The notes beneath the pieces were generated by a model. That model was not told where the DNA came from. It saw only the letters and a program-made list of their open reading frames with translations, and did not search any database. DNA of 64,000 nucleotides from positions 19,468,001 to 19,532,000 of the forward strand of contig NC_043022.1 in assembly GCF_006345805.1 (NCBI RefSeq). The letters are read 5' to 3'. The number at the start of each line of letters is the position of its first letter. The stretch's first letter is position 1. Shown here piece by piece: positions 40,681 to 54,933 of the stretch. A program made the translations under genes and the position numbers. The stretch is from Octopus sinensis. Its lineage: Eukaryota.

Positions 40681-40684
40681 TAAA

Positions 40685-43255
40685 ATCACCACAGCCACCA
40701 CCGCCACCGCCAACAACGCCACCGCCACCACCATATCCCTCACCACCACCATAGCCACCGCCATCACCTCCGCCACCACCATTATAGCCACCGACCACAC
40801 CTCCACAACCACCATAGCCACATTCACCACCGCCACCACCTCCACCACCACCATAACCACCGTCACCACCACCGCCACCGCCGACAACGCCACCGCCCCA
40901 ACCACATCCACCACATCCACCACCACCACCATAGCCACCGCCATCACCTCCGCCACCACCATTATAGCCACCGACCACACCTCCACAACCACCATAGCCA
41001 CATTCACCACCGCCACCACCACCACCGCCACCCTCACCACAGCCATTACCGCCACCGCCGACAAAGCCACCGCCCCAACCACATCCACCACATCCACCAC
41101 ATCCACCACCACCACAATAGCCACCGTCACCACCGCCACCATCACCACAGCCACCACCGCCACCGCCAACAACGCCACCGCCACCACCACATCCACCACC
41201 ACCACCATAGCCACCGCCCCCACCTCCACCACCACCATAGCCACCGTCACCACCGCCACCATCACCACAGCCACCACCGCCACCGCCAACAACGCCACTA
41301 CCACATCCACCACCACAACAATAACCACCGCCCCAACCTCCACCACCATCTTGGCCACCGTCACCACCGCCACTATCACCACAGCCACCACCGCCACCGC
41401 CAACAACGCCACCGCCATCGACACCTCCACCACCACAACCATAGCCAACGCCCCCACCACCACAACCACCACAGCCACCACCGCCACCGCCAGCACCACG
41501 TCAACTTCACTACCATAGCCACCGCCCCCAACTCCACCATCACCACAGCCTCCACCGCCACCGCCAAAAACCCCACCGCCACCACCACATCTCTCAACAC
41601 CACCATAGCCACCGCCAACACCTCCACAAACCACAACTATAGCCACCGACCCTCCTCCCCCACCACCATAGCCACATTCACCACTGCCACCCTCACCACA
41701 GCCATTACCGCCACCGCCGACAACGCCACCGCCCCAACCATATCCACCACATCCACCACCACCACCACCACAGCCGTCTCCCCCACCTCCACAACCACCA
41801 TAGCCACCGTCACCACCACCACCATCACAACAGCCACCACAGCCACCGCCAACAACGCCAACGCCCCCACCTCCACCAACACCATAGCCAACGTCACCAA
41901 CGCCACCATCACCGCAGCCACCACCGCCACCGCCAACAACAATAACCACCGCCCAACCTCCACCACCATCTTGGCCACCGTCACCACCGCCACTATCACC
42001 ACCGCCACCGTCAACAACGCCACCGCCATCGACACATCCACCACCACCATATTCACCGTCACCACCGCCACCATCACCGCAGCCACCACACCCACCGCCA
42101 ACAACGCCACCCTCACCACCACATTCACCACCACCACCACCATAGCCACCGCCCCCTACTTCACCACCACCATAGCCATCGCCCCCACCTCCACCGCCAC
42201 CATTGGCACCGTCATCCCCGACACCGTCACGACATCGCCACCTCCACCGCCAACAACGCCACCGCCACCACCACCTCCACCACCACCACCATAGCCACCG
42301 CCCCCACCTCCACCACCACCATAGCCACCGTCACCACCGCCACCATCACCACAGCCACCACCGCCACCGCCAACAACGCCACCGCCACCACCACATCCAC
42401 CACCACCACCATAGCCACCGCCCCCACCTCCACCACCACCAGAGCCACCATCACCATTGGTGGTGGCGGTGGTGGCTGTGGTGATGGTGGCGGTGGTAAC
42501 GGTGGCTATGTTGAAGGTGGCGGTGGTGGCGCCAACAACGCCACCGCCACTACCACATACACCACCAACACCATAGCCAGCGCACCCACCTCCACCACCA
42601 CCATAGCCACCGCCACCATCACCACAGCCACCACCACCACCGCCAACAACGCCACCGCCACAACCACATCCACCACTATCACCATAGCCACCGCCCCCAC
42701 CTCCACCACCACCATAGCCAACTTCACCAACGCCACCGTCACCACCGGTAACAACGCCACCACCTCCACCAATCACCACATCCACCACCTACACCATAGC
42801 CACCGCCCCCTCCTCAACAACCACCATAGCCAATGTCACCACCGCCACCATCACCACGGCCAGCACCGCCACCGCCAACAACGCCACCACCACCACCACA
42901 TCCACCACCACGACCATAGACACCGCCCCCACTTCCAACACCACCACTTCCACCACCACCACCATAGCCACCGTCACCACCGCCACCATCACCACAGCCA
43001 CCACCGCCACCGCCAACAACGCCACCGCCACTACCACTTACACCACCACAACCATAGCCAGCCCCACCATCACCAGAGCCACCACCGCCACCGCCAACAA
43101 TGCCACGGCCACTACCACATCCACCACCAACACCATAGCCACCGCCCCCACCACCACCACCACCATAGCCACCGCCATCACCTCCGCCACCACCATTATA
43201 GCCACCGACCACACCTCCACAACAACCATAGCCACATTAACACAACAACAACCGC
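40685..43255. repeat. Degenerate (CCA/CCG)n trinucleotide-based array, about 2.6 kb
   Basis: Recurrent modules such as accatagccaccgcc and gccaacaacgccacc; ends at the assembly gap. Confidence 0.9.
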
Positions 43256-43355
43256 NNNNNNNNNNNNNNNNNNNNNNNNNNNNNNNNNNNNNNNNNNNNN
43301 NNNNNNNNNNNNNNNNNNNNNNNNNNNNNNNNNNNNNNNNNNNNNNNNNNNNNNN
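43256..43355. other. Assembly gap (100 N)
   Basis: Run of N. Confidence 1.
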
Positions 43356-43492
43356 TTCGCCGGAATACAATCGATGACACACACACACACATAACATATA
43401 TATATATTATATATATATATGTATGTATATCTACATACATACATTTATATGTAGATACGTACATACATAGATGCATATATATGTATATATAC

Positions 43493-43530
<38 letters not shown>

Positions 43531-43589
43531 TAATAATATATATATATATACTATACATATGTATATATAATATATATTATATATATATT

Positions 43590-43816
43590 TCTTTACTACC
43601 CACAAGGGACTAAACATAGAGCGACAAACGAGGACAGACAAAGGGATTAAGTCGATTACATCGACCTCAGTGCGTAACTGGTACTTAATTTATCGACTCC
43701 GAAAGGATGAAAAGCAAAGTCGACCTCGGCGGAATTTGAACTCGGAACGTAACGACAGACGAAATACGGCTACGCATTTTGCCCGGCGTTCTAACGTTTC
43801 TGCCAGCTCGCCGCCT
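43590..43816 (-). mobile_element. tRNA-derived SINE (family 3)
   Basis: ggcggcgagctggcagaaacgttag..gttcaaattcc; copies at 56550-56780 (+) and 60195-60421 (-). Confidence 0.8.
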
Positions 43817-44419
43817 TTATATATGTATATTTATATATGTGTGTGTGTGTATGTGAGTGTTTGTGTGTGTGAGTGCGTGTGTGTGAGAGAGAAAGAGAGA
43901 GGTGGAATGAGAAAGAGAAAGAGAGAGAGAGAGAGATGTCTAGTGGTTTAAAGATTGTGATTTAGAGAAGCTATGTAGTCAAATATATCGTGGGTTCTAG
44001 GTTCTGAGGTGAATTAGATCGTTGTATTTGTGAAGGCCACCTCAGACAATGAAAAGTTATTACCGTGTGGCACAAAGGAAATTTATTACTGTGTGGCACA
44101 AAGGAAATTTATTACTGTGTGGCCTCTGAGCAAGTACGTTTTACCATACCCTTAGCTTGTCCCAAACAATCTGAGGTACAATGTAACACACCAATATTAT
44201 CTGATGATTATGTCAAGCGTATAGGTGTCTATAGTGTACTCAGCCACTTATACAGAAATTCTATTAGAACGCACATAGTTCTGTTGATCGAACAAATAGT
44301 ACTCGACGTCAAAATCGACTGGGGTCCATATCTTTTCAGTTCATATAACGAAATCAGTATTATATTCTGGAAAAATTATTTTTCTATAATTATTTGTCTA
44401 TTTTATTTTATTTGATAAG

Positions 44420-44476
44420 ATTACCCGCCTGTCTGTACTCTACAACAGCATCAAGATTGTTATTTACCGAGAAAAG
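44420..44476 (+). CDS. DEG/ENaC (ASIC-like) channel, internal exon (Cys-rich thumb region)
   Basis: ag|...|gtgagt boundaries. Translates (D)YPPVCTLQQHQDCYLPRK(A), matching the ASIC thumb pattern 'PYCTPEQYKECADP'. The phase-1 end joins the 47192 exon in frame. Confidence 0.85.
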
Positions 44477-44912
44477 GTGAGTATAATTATAATGGATGTA
44501 GCAGACGTTCGAATATATTTTATATACAAAAATTAACTAAAATTGACTAGAAAAAAGGAAAAGCATTCCAAAATGATTCAAAAATAGAATTCTCGAAAAA
44601 AATAGATTCCAAAATTTAAAAATACAATAAATTCCAAAATTTAAAAAACAGCGGGAACTTAGTTTCGAACCCAATATATAAGAAATTAAAGAAGGAAAAT
44701 GCGCACACTTTACATAGTTTTAATATAATTTTTAATATATCTTATATTGCCTTTGTCGACCGGTTTCGCTGTCGCTAATCGTGACATTGAAATTTATTCA
44801 AATACGCATTTTCTAAAGAAAATTTTTGTCCATGTTTTGTATGGAGTTATGAATGAATAATTCAACAATATATATATATATATATATATATCTATATAAT
44901 ATAATATACTAT

Positions 44913-44949
<37 letters not shown>

Positions 44950-45961
44950 ATAGGTATATAAACTCCAGGGAGTGACATGTCCGAAGTTAAGTGCGGCCAC
45001 ACTGGATTAAGGGCACAAAAAGAAGAGCGAATAAATATATAATCCATAATCGTTAGCGCAACAAAATATATTCAGGCAAATAATTGTGAGCTAAATGTTT
45101 GTAAACGTCACAGACTTTTACTCGGAGTTACAAGAAACCGATCATCAGACAATAGTGAACTTTCGGAACAATGGAGTAATATGTATAAGTTTGAGAATGA
45201 TGCAGTGGTAACGTTTTTGGTAACTCATGAAATAAGCATTTAAAGCTGACTAGGTAGTGGACTGTAATATTTCAAAAGTAATAGAAACACTAAGATAATA
45301 TGAATAACTGTTTATGAAAAGTGATATAAACATTAAAAATGTGGGAAACGAAGTTGAAAAAGAAACTGAATCGTACTCTATTGTTACAGGGTCACATTTA
45401 TAACGTTCGTAGGACGGGAAGAAAATTCAAACAACATTTTAGAAATTGAGAATTTAGGAAACACAAGCGAAACAAGTCCTTAAAAAATAAATACAAAGTC
45501 AAATGAGTATTACAAATATATAAGTTTCTATTGTCACTTAAAGGGCAGTTATTACAAGGGAGAAAATAATTTCTTCATAAAATTTACCAGCATTAGAAAC
45601 TTGAATTTGAAATTTAGGAATTATAATGATAATAATGCATAAAATTCATACGTATAATTTTTTTCTTAGTGTTTATGAAGTTCTTAAACTTTCCAGTCAA
45701 TGGAAATTATGTATAACTCTATATCATTCTTTTTGGTAATCGTCCATAAACTGTATCTTGAGATATGTTTATGAAACAGTTTACGAAAGGAGTCATTTTA
45801 TATAGATGAAAAATAATTACAGTTTGGAAGAAATGCATGGAATGTATTTCTCAGTTTTCCTTCATAGAACATTAATAGCTTAGCAGTCGAAAGAGAACCT
45901 TCTTTGTGTTTAAGTACAGGGTAACTTTTCTATAATTAATATATGTACATAAATATATGCA

Positions 45962-46053
<92 letters not shown>

Positions 46054-46079
46054 CGTCTATCTATCTATCTATCTATCCG

Positions 46080-46112
<33 letters not shown>

Positions 46113-46215
46113 TTTTTGTTTCTTTTGTTTCTTGTTTTTTTCATCCCCCAAAAGAAAAGCTCTACCTTGTAACTTGTCCCATCTGTGTGCAGCCCTGTGT
46201 GGCCAATAAAGAAAC

Positions 46216-46261
<46 letters not shown>

Positions 46262-46270
46262 GTCTATCTG

Positions 46271-46313
<43 letters not shown>

Positions 46314-46314
46314 G

Positions 46315-46353
<39 letters not shown>

Positions 46354-47191
46354 GTCTATCCATCTACCCCTCTCTATCTGTCTTTCTATCAATCTATCTA
46401 TCTATCTATCTACTGGTCTGTCTATCTATCTGTCTGTTTATCTATCTATCCGTTTGTCTATCTCTATCGTTCTCTCCTCCTTTCTTTCTCTCTCTCTTAA
46501 TTTATATACATACATATATATTTATATATATCATAATATTTTGTGCGTGTATACCAATATTCCACTGAACTTTTTAATAATTCCTTCTGGAAATTATCTT
46601 GAGAATGTATAATATATTTGTTGTAATCTTTTGCGCCCAATATTTCAATGAACTTGTTAAACTTTTTTATGTTCTCAACATGCCCCTGTCACCAAAGAAT
46701 GTATATATATGTATTGTCACCAAAGAATGTATATATATGTATTGTCACCAAAGAATGTATATATATGTATTGTAGTATTCTGTGTGTGTTTCAATATACA
46801 GATACAATACCAATACCAATATCCCACAGAACTTTTTAATAATTCCTTCCGGAAACTAACTTAAACATGTTCTTGAGAATGATTATTTATGTGCTAATCT
46901 TTTGTGCCCAATATTTTAAGGAACTGGTTAAACTTTTTTATGTCCTTAACATGTCCTTGTTACCAAATACTGTATATATGTAATGTAGCAATTTGTAACA
47001 ACTAATAATTAACGCAACCAAACTTCTACATGTTACTTTTGACAATCTTTTTCCAAAGAGTGAAACCGGTAAAGTAAATAAACAAACATCTTTTAAAATT
47101 GCATTTTCAAACCTTCTTTCGTATATATATATATACATACATACATACATACATACATACACACATACATATTTTTCGTTTTGTTTTGTAG

Positions 47192-48713
47192 CACAAATAT
47201 TGGAGCTTGTACGCAAGACGTGCGTTTGCCCAGTTCCATGTAAATCTTTACTGTTTGAGCCAACAATTTCTTACGCCACAATATCGACGTACGCCGCTGA
47301 ATCCCTGTTGTCTCGCATCCTGGATAGTGGTGTCCAAGAAAAATTCATTCGAGCCAGAGAAGTTACCAACCGCATACAACTCAAAGTCTTCAAAACAACG
47401 AGGGATTTGTTAATCAACCTTGAAAACAGTTTTCGTCCAGTGAAATCTTTCTTTGATGTCGATCTCGCTAATCGTATCAACAGCCAAATTGAAATCATTA
47501 GCAATTTGTATAACACCACCAAAGAACAATGGGCGCTAAAAGAGCATCTGAATAAATACCAGATATACGTCACCGAGAAATGTTTCATTCGTTTAAGAGA
47601 AGGTATGGAAGAAAGGACACTGAGATATATATGCTTCGATTTTATCAGCTTCATTTCTCGAATGGAAGAGCAGATTAGGAGTCTCGTCAAGCCAGAAATC
47701 ATTGACAAAAACCTTACTGATATGATCTACTTTCTAATTAATAGGGATTCTAAGGAATATATGAATAAAAATGTGAAAGCTCTTCAAAATTTTACTGAAT
47801 TAATGGGAGCTTTTGCAAATGGAACACTACTTTTCCATTATAAATATTTGAATATTCCCATGTGGCATAACAAATATATTGTACCGCGACAGCTTTTCAA
47901 CAGGTCAATCACTTATTCCTCTAACTCAATAAATCATTGTCACATGGTTTCAAAATATATCAATAAAATTAGGGAATATATCGAAGACTACATGAAAATA
48001 GCGAACGACACTTACCAAACGGGTAAATTGAATATGAGTAGGTTAGACATTATATCTTACCGTTATGCCAAGGCCTGCAGAGGGTTCAATTTCCGTAAAA
48101 GCGCATGCTATTATTTCTGTATCGACTGGGCTTTAGAAGAAGTGAAGAAGAAAGAAGTAGACTTTCAAATGCTTTGGAATGATTACGAAAATGTCGCCAA
48201 TGATATAATGCTTAATCTAAATAACGTCAACTCCTTACTTTCTTCTGTTCAGGCGAACATAATCGCAGATTTGGATGCCGGTATTAAGTTAGCAAACGAT
48301 TACTTAAACGATACAATCTCCAAGAGACGATTAGCTTCCATGTTAAGTTCACAGAAAACTAACGAAGATGTGAACAACTTAAAGGCCTTCTTTAGCGAAG
48401 TTCGATCCCGAGGAACATTGCTCTATGACAACTGGAAAAAATTGTCGCAAGCTTCCGTTGCCATTTGGAAGTCTATTTTCACGGATGAAGACTGCTTTGA
48501 ATATTACAACTTTGCTAATATAACGCAGTTCCAGGAAAATCCGGACGATAAGATAAACGAAATAGAACGAACTCACGAGGACGTCCGGAATGTGTACGAC
48601 TTTCGTCATCTCATTGGAAACAAGGATCGAGATTTATTTCAAGCCCTGGAAAATATTATTCAAGTTATGAATGCTTATAAAGAATCTTTGAAAATCGATG
48701 ACAAATTTTTGAG
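47192..48713 (+). CDS. DEG/ENaC channel, 1522-bp exon with CxCPxPC motif and about 450-aa ectodomain insertion
   Basis: Acceptor ttttgtag and donor AG|gtaagg. Uninterrupted 505-aa ORF beginning QILELVRKTCVCPVPCKSLLFEPTISY. Phases match both neighbouring exons. Confidence 0.9.
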
Positions 48714-48959
48714 GTAAGGCCAAAATTTTAGTTTTGTAATACAAGATTCCATTTTTGTTGTAGAGATATCAAGGTGCAGACATGGCTGTTTAGTAAGCAA
48801 CAACATGGTTCCGGGTTCAGTTCCATTACGTGACACCTTGTGCATGTGTCTTCTACTGTAGGCATGGACCGGTTAAAGTCTTGTTATACGGAAATGAAAG
48901 AAGCCCGTCGTATGTGTGTGTGTGTGTGTGTGTGTATGTATATATATATATTCATTTTG

Positions 48960-50380
48960 TTTCTTTTTCATTTTATCTAGTTTCAGCTCACGAGCTGTGG
49001 CCATGCTGGGGCACTGCCATTCAGTGTTGCTACATGATTTTACTTCACGAATGCATTTTAGCGATTGACATTTGGTGCATGAGAGAGTTTGATGCAGCTG
49101 CCCTCATCTGCACCTCCTGTCGTGAAGTTGGTTCATCTGGGACACTTGACAGGAAGAGATCCAGTTTTATTTTAAAGACATTTGTATCCACCTCATGCAG
49201 ATCTCTCAGGTCCTTCGGGAGGATATTGAAGAGCTGTGGACCTCTGAAGCCCAGGCTATCACAGTATCTTGTCCTACATCTTGATGGCAAATTTGGAGTC
49301 CTTAGCACTATGCAGTGGCGCCCAGTTCTAGTATTTGTGTAACTCTCGATGCCAAAGTTTGGAACAAGTCCTTCCAGCATCTTCTAGATGTAGATGTATA
49401 TTATGGCATATCTTTCTCGCCTACGCTCTAAGGAATAGAGTCTTAATCTCTTGAGTCTTTCCCAATAGCTTATATGCTGCACAGAGGCTATCTTCTTCGT
49501 GTCGCTTCGTTGGATCGCCTTAAGTTCTGTGATTAATTTGACACTGGTTGGTGACCATAGCTGAGAGCAATAGTCAAAGTGGCTTAGGACAAGTGTCCTC
49601 CAAAGGACCATCATGGTTTCCTGGTCTCTTGTTCTAAAAGCTCTAAGAATCCGTCCGGTCAGCCGCCTACATTTCATTGCCAATTTAGCAACATGCACAT
49701 GAAAGGTTGCATCATTACTCATGTAAATACCCAGGTCTCGCACTGATTGTGCCTCTGGGATTACAATCCTTCCAGGTCCAGTGTATGTATTGGGTATTGC
49801 ATTTAGTTTTGCATGCTGATAGCATAAAGCTTGAAACTTTTCAGCATTGAATTGCATGCTATTCTTTTCAGCCCACTTGTATATTTTGTCCAGCTCATAT
49901 TGCAGGTGCGTAGTGTCTTCAGGGTTCTGTATTACCTGTTAAACTTTTGTATCATCTGCATAACTTGTGATCATGGATCTCTGCGTGGCTGAGGGCATGT
50001 CTGAGAGGGCCATTATGAACAGCAGTGATCCCAAAACAGTGCCTTGCGGAACACCGCTCACTATTTGCGTGTTATTGGAGGTGGCCCCATTGGTTACTAC
50101 CACCTGACTTCTATTCTTCAGAAAGTCATGCAGCCATTCACCCAATTTTCCAACTATGCCAAGATCACGCAGTTTATGACATATCATTCCATAATCGACT
50201 TTCTCAAAGGCCTTTGCAAAGTCGAGATATATCACTTCCACATTTGAGAGGTTTAGCTGTTGTTTCAGCACCCAGTCGTAGTGTTGTAGGAGCTGAGTTA
50301 GGCAGCTTATTCCTGGTCGGAAACCATGTTGGGTGTCAGGTAGCAAGTTATTTTCTTAAAGGAAGGCGATTAGCACCTGT
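48960..50380 (-). mobile_element. CR1-like LINE 3' portion in DEG/ENaC intron
   Basis: QHGFRPG.SC, YLDFAKAF, SGVPQGTVLG, YADDTK, RDLGI, LYSLERRR. Confidence 0.92.
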
Positions 50381-50917
50381 GACATTGCAGCTCATTTATT
50401 AACGTGCAAGTGGCTGGGCACTCCACAGACACGTGTACTCATGACGTAGTTCTCAGGGAGATTCAGCGTGACACAGAGTGTGACAAGGCTGGCCCTTTGA
50501 AATACAGGTACAACAGAAACAGGAAGAAAGAGTGAGAGAAATTTGTGGTGAAAGAGTACAGCAGGGTTTGCCGGAGCCTCGTGGAGCTTTAGGTGTTTTC
50601 GCTCAATAAACACTCACAATGCCCGGTCTGGGAATCGAAACCGCGAGCCCGCTGCCCTAACCACTGGACTATTGCGCCTCCACATATAAATTTGTTGTCA
50701 TGTTAACTCGCTGAAGATGTGATCGAAAATGCGAGGAAAGCACAGAACGAGAGAAACAAATAGTTCACGTAACAACTTTGATATAGGAAACATTTACAAC
50801 CTTTTACGTCAATAAACCATAAGTGTTCTTGGAAGTTGTTTTTTATACCTTCTACGGACTGCTCGAATCTTAGTAACTCCCTACACCGGAATCCTTGGAT
50901 CTCACCATTACATATTA

Positions 50918-50967
<50 letters not shown>

Positions 50968-50985
50968 TGTATGTATACATATCTA

Positions 50986-51066
<81 letters not shown>

Positions 51067-51541
51067 GTCTGTCTGTCTGTCTATCTGTCTGTCTATCTGT
51101 CTGTCTATCTATCTATCTATCCATCATAATCCTATGAACCCAGAAATTGAAAACAGAGGGTTACCCACTTGCAAACAAATGTAGTAACATATAACAATAT
51201 TAACCGAGGTCACCGTGGTCTTTTTCGTAGGCTTTTCTTCCCACGGATAAACCTTATCTGCTTCCCCCTTTACACCGTACATCATGACACTGTGATACTC
51301 GATCCCTATTGATCGTTTTTTTTCCACTTTTTTCTTCTTTTTTACTTTATCCTTTCTCTTGTTTTCCTTTTTTTCTTTTTTTTTCCTTTTTCCCCTTTTC
51401 CGATCTCTTTTGATCGAAAACCTACGCCACTTTCTTTTTGTTTGTTTCTTTTGTTTTTTGTTTTTTTCATCCCCCAAAAGAAAAGCTCTACCTTGTAATT
51501 TGTCCCATCTATGTGCAGCCCTGTGCGGCCAATAAAGAAAC

Positions 51542-51629
<88 letters not shown>

Positions 51630-51717
51630 ATATATATATATATATCTATATATATATATTTATACATATGCGCGTGCACGTGTGCAGAAAATAACTTTTA
51701 AGCTTTTTATATTGCAG

Positions 51718-51809
51718 AAAAAACATTTTAGAGCTGGCTGTGTTTTACCGCCAACTAAGCTACGAAGAAATGAGACACCAAATTGCTTACAATTTCTTTT
51801 CACTTCTCT
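51718..51809 (+). CDS. DEG/ENaC channel exon (pre-TM2 beta strands)
   Basis: ttgcag|...|gtaagt boundaries. Translates (R)KNILELAVFYRQLSYEEMRHQIAYNFFSLL, compared with ASIC '[24 protein letters not shown]..LL'. Confidence 0.92.
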
Positions 51810-51837
51810 GTAAGTAATTCATTACGTACCTCCTTTT

Positions 51838-51908
<71 letters not shown>

Positions 51909-52432
51909 GTACGTATGTATGTGTATGTATCAGTGGGAGATCTACCATAAAACTCATGAAGCTTAAGCTTTAGGGCCCCTAATCCTGGAGGGGTCCCTCT
52001 GAAGCAACTTAATTTTTTCATCCTATCAATTATTTTGCTTTTGTATTTTACCATGCAGATTGCCGTTACCAGTGTCAGTGGATATCATATCATACTCCTA
52101 CACAGAGTTAGACACGCAGTGTCTAGCCAGGAGTTGTTCACCTGCTGTTTCTGCCGGTTAAAAGTAAAGACGACTCTCAGATAATTCTCTTTTCTTGAAT
52201 TATTTTGTAAACTTTGGCCCTACCCCTTCCAATACAGGGTTTGGACAAAATAATGGTAACACCTTAAAATTTCAAACAAATTTATTCTAATATGGGGTAG
52301 GACCGCCTTTGGTAGTAATTACAGTTTGAAATCTACGAGGTATGGGCTCGTACCAACTTTGAATTATTTTTAATATTATATATATATTTATATCTATAAT
52401 ATTATATATATATATATCAGTATATATAAATG

Positions 52433-52463
<31 letters not shown>

Positions 52464-52767
52464 ATATATTTATATATATATATAAGTATATATAAATGGA
52501 TATATAATATTATATATATATATACATATATATATATAAGTATATATATAGTTAATCCAAACAAGAAAGCACAAAAAAACACAACATCGCGAGGACGTGG
52601 AACAATATAGTACTATTGGACGCTCAGGAAAGAAGGAAAGAAGAGGGTTTTTACGTTTCGAGCGGAGCTCTTCGTCGGAAACATAGGAGAAGGAAAGATC
52701 CAGAGAAAGAAGACAGAGGAAAAAAATCGCCAGCCACGGTACACACTAGGCCACCACACACACACAC

Positions 52768-52800
<33 letters not shown>

Positions 52801-52845
52801 CTATATATATATCTATATATATATATTTATATATATATATATATA

Positions 52846-52876
<31 letters not shown>

Positions 52877-53151
52877 TTATTTATATATATATATAATATA
52901 TATTTATATATATATATATATATATTTATTATATATATATATATATAATATTATATATATTTATATATATAATTATTGAAGTATATAAATTAATTATCTT
53001 ATTACGGATAATTCAAATGATAACTGATACCTGGGTAGCAAAAATCACAACAGAAAAGACTAAAGTCCATGAATAAATTTATTTCATGGGCTCCTCGTGA
53101 GCGTTCGTTGAAAAGCTTGTTGTGCATTTTGTTGGAGAATTAAGTTCCTGG

Positions 53152-53237
53152 ATTTTCCTGAAGAGAAGGCTGCAAAATGGACTCCTTATTCAATCCGAAT
53201 TAGGGACTTCGCAGCCTTCGAAACATATGTAGAAAAT
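53152..53237 (+). ncRNA. Canonical type I hammerhead ribozyme in DEG/ENaC intron, sense strand (family H)
   Basis: attttc-CTGAAGA-gaaggctgc...gcagccttc-GAAA-catatg-TA-gaaaat. Perfect 6-bp stem I and 9-bp stem II, palindromic stem III, GUA triplet. Confidence 0.88.
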
Positions 53238-53296
53238 AATATAAAGGAATTTTGTTAAATCTTCGTTCAGCTCCATTTCTTCCTACACTTAATATA

Positions 53297-53340
<44 letters not shown>

Positions 53341-53555
53341 TAGTATGTGTACATAATATTGATAAAATATCAAAGCCAAATATGGTATCCTACGCTTTAT
53401 AAAATATACAGGCTTTTAAATAGCAATACATTTACAATATTTCAGTACGAATCGGGAGATTCTAAGACATTTATTCATCAAAATAAAGACTGGTAGCAAT
53501 CAAACATAATTTAATTATTTTCTAAAAAATTAATCCCGTTTTTGTATAATTTCAG

Positions 53556-53686
53556 GTGACATTGGAGGATCTATGGGTCTTTTTCTTGGAGCTAGTGTTC
53601 TGACAATTTTTGAAATTGGTGAGTTTTTCTTTGGCCAGACTGTGAGGGCTGCGTTCCAAGTTCGTGGTTCCAGAAAATTACAATGA
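53556..53686 (+). CDS. DEG/ENaC channel, TM2/selectivity-filter exon to stop codon
   Basis: Acceptor tttcag. Translates (C)[42 protein letters not shown], with the canonical DIGG..GLFxGAS signature. Confidence 0.93.
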
Positions 53687-53689
53687 TAT

Positions 53690-53888
53690 ATATAACTATC
53701 TATCTATCTATCTATCGATACATACATATATATATATACATATATATATATATGTATATATACATATATACATATATACATACATATTATATATATATAT
53801 ATACATATATACATACATATATATATATATATATATACATATATACATACATATATACTATAGATATATATACATATATACATATACC

Positions 53889-53926
<38 letters not shown>

Positions 53927-54125
53927 TACATACATATATACATACATATATACATAGATATATAATATAACATATACATACATATATACATATAATATAT
54001 ACATACATATATACTACATATATACATATATATATATATATACATATATACTACATATATACATATTATATATATAATATATATACATATATACATACAT
54101 ATATACATATATATATATATACATA

Positions 54126-54157
<32 letters not shown>

Positions 54158-54306
54158 CATACATATATATATCTATATATATATTATATACATACATATA
54201 CATATATATACATATATAGATATATATACATACATATATATATATATATATTATATACATACATATATCTATATTATATATATATATATATGTATCTATT
54301 TACTAC

Positions 54307-54337
<31 letters not shown>

Positions 54338-54344
54338 TACATAT

Positions 54345-54387
<43 letters not shown>

Positions 54388-54500
54388 TACATACATATAT
54401 ATAGATATATATATATATACATATATACATACATATATATATATATAATATATATACATATACTACATATATATATATATATATATAATATATACATATA

Positions 54501-54553
<53 letters not shown>

Positions 54554-54818
54554 ATATATATACATAATATACATACATATATACATATATATTATATATA
54601 CATATAATACATACATATATATAGATATATATATATACATACATATATATATATACATATATTTATACATACATATATACAATTATATATATATATACAT
54701 ACATATATATATATAATATATATATACAACATATATATATATATATATAATATATATATATAATACATATATACATACATATAATATATAATATATATAT
54801 ATACATATATTACATATA

Positions 54819-54889
<71 letters not shown>

Positions 54890-54894
54890 CATAT

Positions 54895-54933
<39 letters not shown>

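Noticed and set aside
40577-43212. Mucin-like Thr-rich and Gly-rich ORFs
   Set aside because: Arise from a trinucleotide array with frame changes; no signal peptide or splice context seen.
43730-43816. tRNA genes at the SINE heads
   Set aside because: Only A/B-box-like motifs without a full cloverleaf; part of dispersed SINEs.
45105-45155. Minus-strand CTGATGA-TCGG..CCGA
   Set aside because: GAAA is replaced by GTAA and there is no stem I partner.
50707-50735. ctcg-CTGAAGA..GAAA..cgag
   Set aside because: No stem II or NUH triplet in register; likely chance.
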